Source of the DNA: an uncultured Gammaproteobacteria bacterium
Lineage (GTDB): Bacteria > Pseudomonadota > Gammaproteobacteria > GCA-001735895
NCBI GenBank assembly: GCA_963793595.1
Contig: CAWCBX010000072.1
Span: forward strand, 13,769-77,768
Direction: 5' to 3'
Length of the DNA stretch: 64,000 nucleotides
This document shows, piece by piece, positions 62,117 through 64,000 of this stretch; position 1 is the first letter of the stretch, and each line of letters begins with the position of its first letter. The notes beneath the pieces are model-generated. The model was given only the letters and a program-made list of their open reading frames with translations. It did no database searches and was not told the DNA's origin. Position numbers and translations under genes: made by a program.

Positions 62117-63532
62117 ATGATGGAACATAGTGGGGGGCAGGACAACAACGAAGTACTCGTTGTCGATTCCAATCACACACGTGGACATTCTTTCCTCGCC
62201 GTACTCGGCTTCATCAAGGTCGAAGCCAAACTCATAACCCCTGAACAATTACCCGATATCCCACGCCGCGAACTATTTAGTTATCTCGCCATTTTCAGTA
62301 CCGGCAGTGACGATATTTCCAGATATTTCCTGGAGCGTAATAAAGAGGATAAATGCCAGTACCCGGTAATATTACTGGCCGATAAATCGGAATTGAGCTC
62401 GCTCGAAATCGTCGTGCAACTGCCGTTTATTTCCGGCCTGTGTTTTCAGTCCGATTACTATTCGCTATCACAGGTTCTCGATCAGGCGCGCAAGCATAAT
62501 AAGCGTGAGCGCCGCATGCAAAATCGCGAATGCCAGCCACTGATTGGTAATAGTAATGCGATCGAACGTATCAATTTAATGATCGACCAGGTTTCCGATA
62601 CGAATGCGTCGGTTTTAATCCTGGGGGATTCGGGAACTGGTAAAGAAGTCATTGCACGTAATATCCACGCGCAGTCATCCCGCAGCAATAAGCCGTTTGT
62701 GCCAATTAATTGTGGTGCTATCCCGGCTGAATTGCTTGAAAGCGAGTTGTTTGGTCACGAGAAGGGCGCGTTTACCGGGGCGATCAGCTCCCGCCAGGGA
62801 CGCTTTGAACTGGCCGAGGGTGGTGTTATCTTCCTCGACGAAATCGGTGATATGCCATTACCCATGCAGGTTAAACTGCTGCGTGTGCTGCAGGAACGCT
62901 GTTACGAAAAAGTGGGTAGTAACAAAACCATAAAATCCGACGTACGCGTGATTGCTGCCACGCACCGTGGGCTCGAGGAGTTGATTGCAGAAGGTAAATT
63001 CCGTGAAGACCTTTTTTATCGTCTCAATGTTTTCCCAATCGAAGTGTCACCACTGCGGGAACGTAAATCGGATATTCCGTTATTGATACATGAAATGATT
63101 TCCCGTATCGAACGCGAAAATCGCGGTTCGGTGCGACTCAGTAAGAAAGCGATTGCAATGTTGCAACAGTATCAATGGCCCGGTAACGTGCGTGAACTTG
63201 CGAATTTGATCGAGCGACTCGCAATCCTGTTCCCGCACGGCGTGGTCGATTCCAAGGATTTACCGGAGAAATATCAAACCGAGGGATTCCTTGAAGCGAC
63301 TGAAACAGCCGCAGATCAGCCAGAGGCGTCTCTGTCCGCAGCCGATGTCGATCAGTTGCCCAGCGACGGTATAGACATGAAGAAGTATCTCACCGATATC
63401 GAGATTTCACTGATTGAACAGGCCCTGTCAAAATCCAACAATATCGTCGCAAGGGCGGCGACCATGCTGAATATGCGGCGTACCACCCTCGTCGAAAAAA
63501 TGCGCAAATACGAAATAGAACGTAACGATTAG
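62117..63532 (+). CDS. fleQ: Sigma54-dependent master flagellar regulator FleQ/FlrA
   Basis: N-terminal FleQ-type domain, GDSGTGKE Walker [32 protein letters not shown]-terminal HTH ([18 protein letters not shown]). Confidence 0.92.
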   Translation: MMEHSGGQDNNEVLVVDSNHTRGHSFLAVLGFIKVEAKLITPEQLPDIPRRELFSYLAIFSTGSDDISRYFLERNKEDKCQYPVILLADKSELSSLEIVVQLPFISGLCFQSDYYSLSQVLDQARKHNKRERRMQNRECQPLIGNSNAIERINLMIDQVSDTNASVLILGDSGTGKEVIARNIHAQSSRSNKPFVPINCGAIPAELLESELFGHEKGAFTGAISSRQGRFELAEGGVIFLDEIGDMPLPMQVKLLRVLQERCYEKVGSNKTIKSDVRVIAATHRGLEELIAEGKFREDLFYRLNVFPIEVSPLRERKSDIPLLIHEMISRIERENRGSVRLSKKAIAMLQQYQWPGNVRELANLIERLAILFPHGVVDSKDLPEKYQTEGFLEATETAADQPEASLSAADVDQLPSDGIDMKKYLTDIEISLIEQALSKSNNIVARAATMLNMRRTTLVEKMRKYEIERND

Positions 63533-63600
63533 CGTCATTTTTATGGCATCTCAAAACAAGCTTAATCGCAACTAATTGATATTTAAGACTTTGTTGTAAC

Positions 63601-63616
63601 TGGTTTGGCTTATGCA
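63601..63616 (+). promoter_or_regulatory. Possible sigma54 promoter upstream of fleS
   Basis: TGGTTTGGCTTATGCA has GG-N10-GC spacing and resembles the fliD site, but lies only 12 nt from the ATG. Confidence 0.35.
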
Positions 63617-63627
63617 CCCTTTACGGG

Positions 63628-64000
63628 ATGGAAAGCCAGAAACCACATAGTGACCAACCCGAGCTGCAGAATCTGCAACATGCGTTCGAGCAGTTCAATC
63701 GCCTGTCAGTCAGCCTCAACGCCAGCGTCGATCAGATCAACCAGAATGTCGATCGCCTCAATCCCCCTGATATGCTGGATCGGTATGACGCAAACCCGCG
63801 CTTACTTGACGCTATCCCCGGTGGCGTCGTGGTGTTGGATCGGCATGGCAAGGTTGCCGAAGCCAATGAAAGCGCGCGTCTGCTGCTGGGGGCGCCGGTT
63901 AATCAGCAAGCCTGGCGCGATATCGTGCGGCGGGTATTCTTGCCCGAACTCGATCAGGGCGAATTGAAAACCGCCGATGGCCGGCAGTTCAGCATCTCGA
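63628..64000 (+). CDS. fleS: Sensor histidine kinase FleS/FlrB, 5' part
   Basis: Manual translation: MESQKP...LQHAFEQFNRLSVSL...RLLDAIPGGVVVLDRHGKVAEANESARLLLG...WRDIVRRVF; runs off the window. Confidence 0.88.
   Translation, partial: MESQKPHSDQPELQNLQHAFEQFNRLSVSLNASVDQINQNVDRLNPPDMLDRYDANPRLLDAIPGGVVVLDRHGKVAEANESARLLLGAPVNQQAWRDIVRRVFLPELDQGELKTADGRQFSIS

Noticed and set aside
63544-63561. TGGCAT as a sigma54 -24 element for fleS
   Set aside because: No GC at the required 10-nt spacing.

Overview
Two compositionally and taxonomically different segments are joined near 55.16-55.68 kb. Bases 1-55,170 look like a high-GC Rhodobacteraceae (roseobacter-type) chromosome. It carries housekeeping genes (pgk, two cyclophilins, M23/bactofilin, bcp, YhdP-like, queA, lpdA, uvrA with a LexA box, valine-catabolism genes) and a surface-protein block (Hint-domain protein, leishmanolysin-like protease with a tandem repeat, VPLPA-CTERM protein, AsmA protein with periodic inserts). 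It also holds a ~18 kb sugar-acid catabolic region: a tightly coupled TRAP operon with two Fe(II)/2OG PhyH dioxygenases, UxaA, Gfo/Idh/MocA, an atypical AroE-like enzyme and KdgK, plus gntR, denD-, idnO-, idnD- and xylD-like genes. Many core genes there are frameshifted, most likely from consensus errors. The xylD-like gene breaks off at half length and is followed by ~500 bp of AT-rich unassigned DNA. After that comes a clean, lower-GC gammaproteobacterial flagellar locus (flgK tail, flgL, fliC, flaG, fliD, fliS, fliT, fleQ, fleS) with sigma28 and sigma54 promoter motifs. The join is more likely an assembly chimera than a real transfer. The best candidate for an undescribed system is the dual-PhyH TRAP sugar-acid operon. 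No tRNA, rRNA, CRISPR array or intact mobile element was seen.
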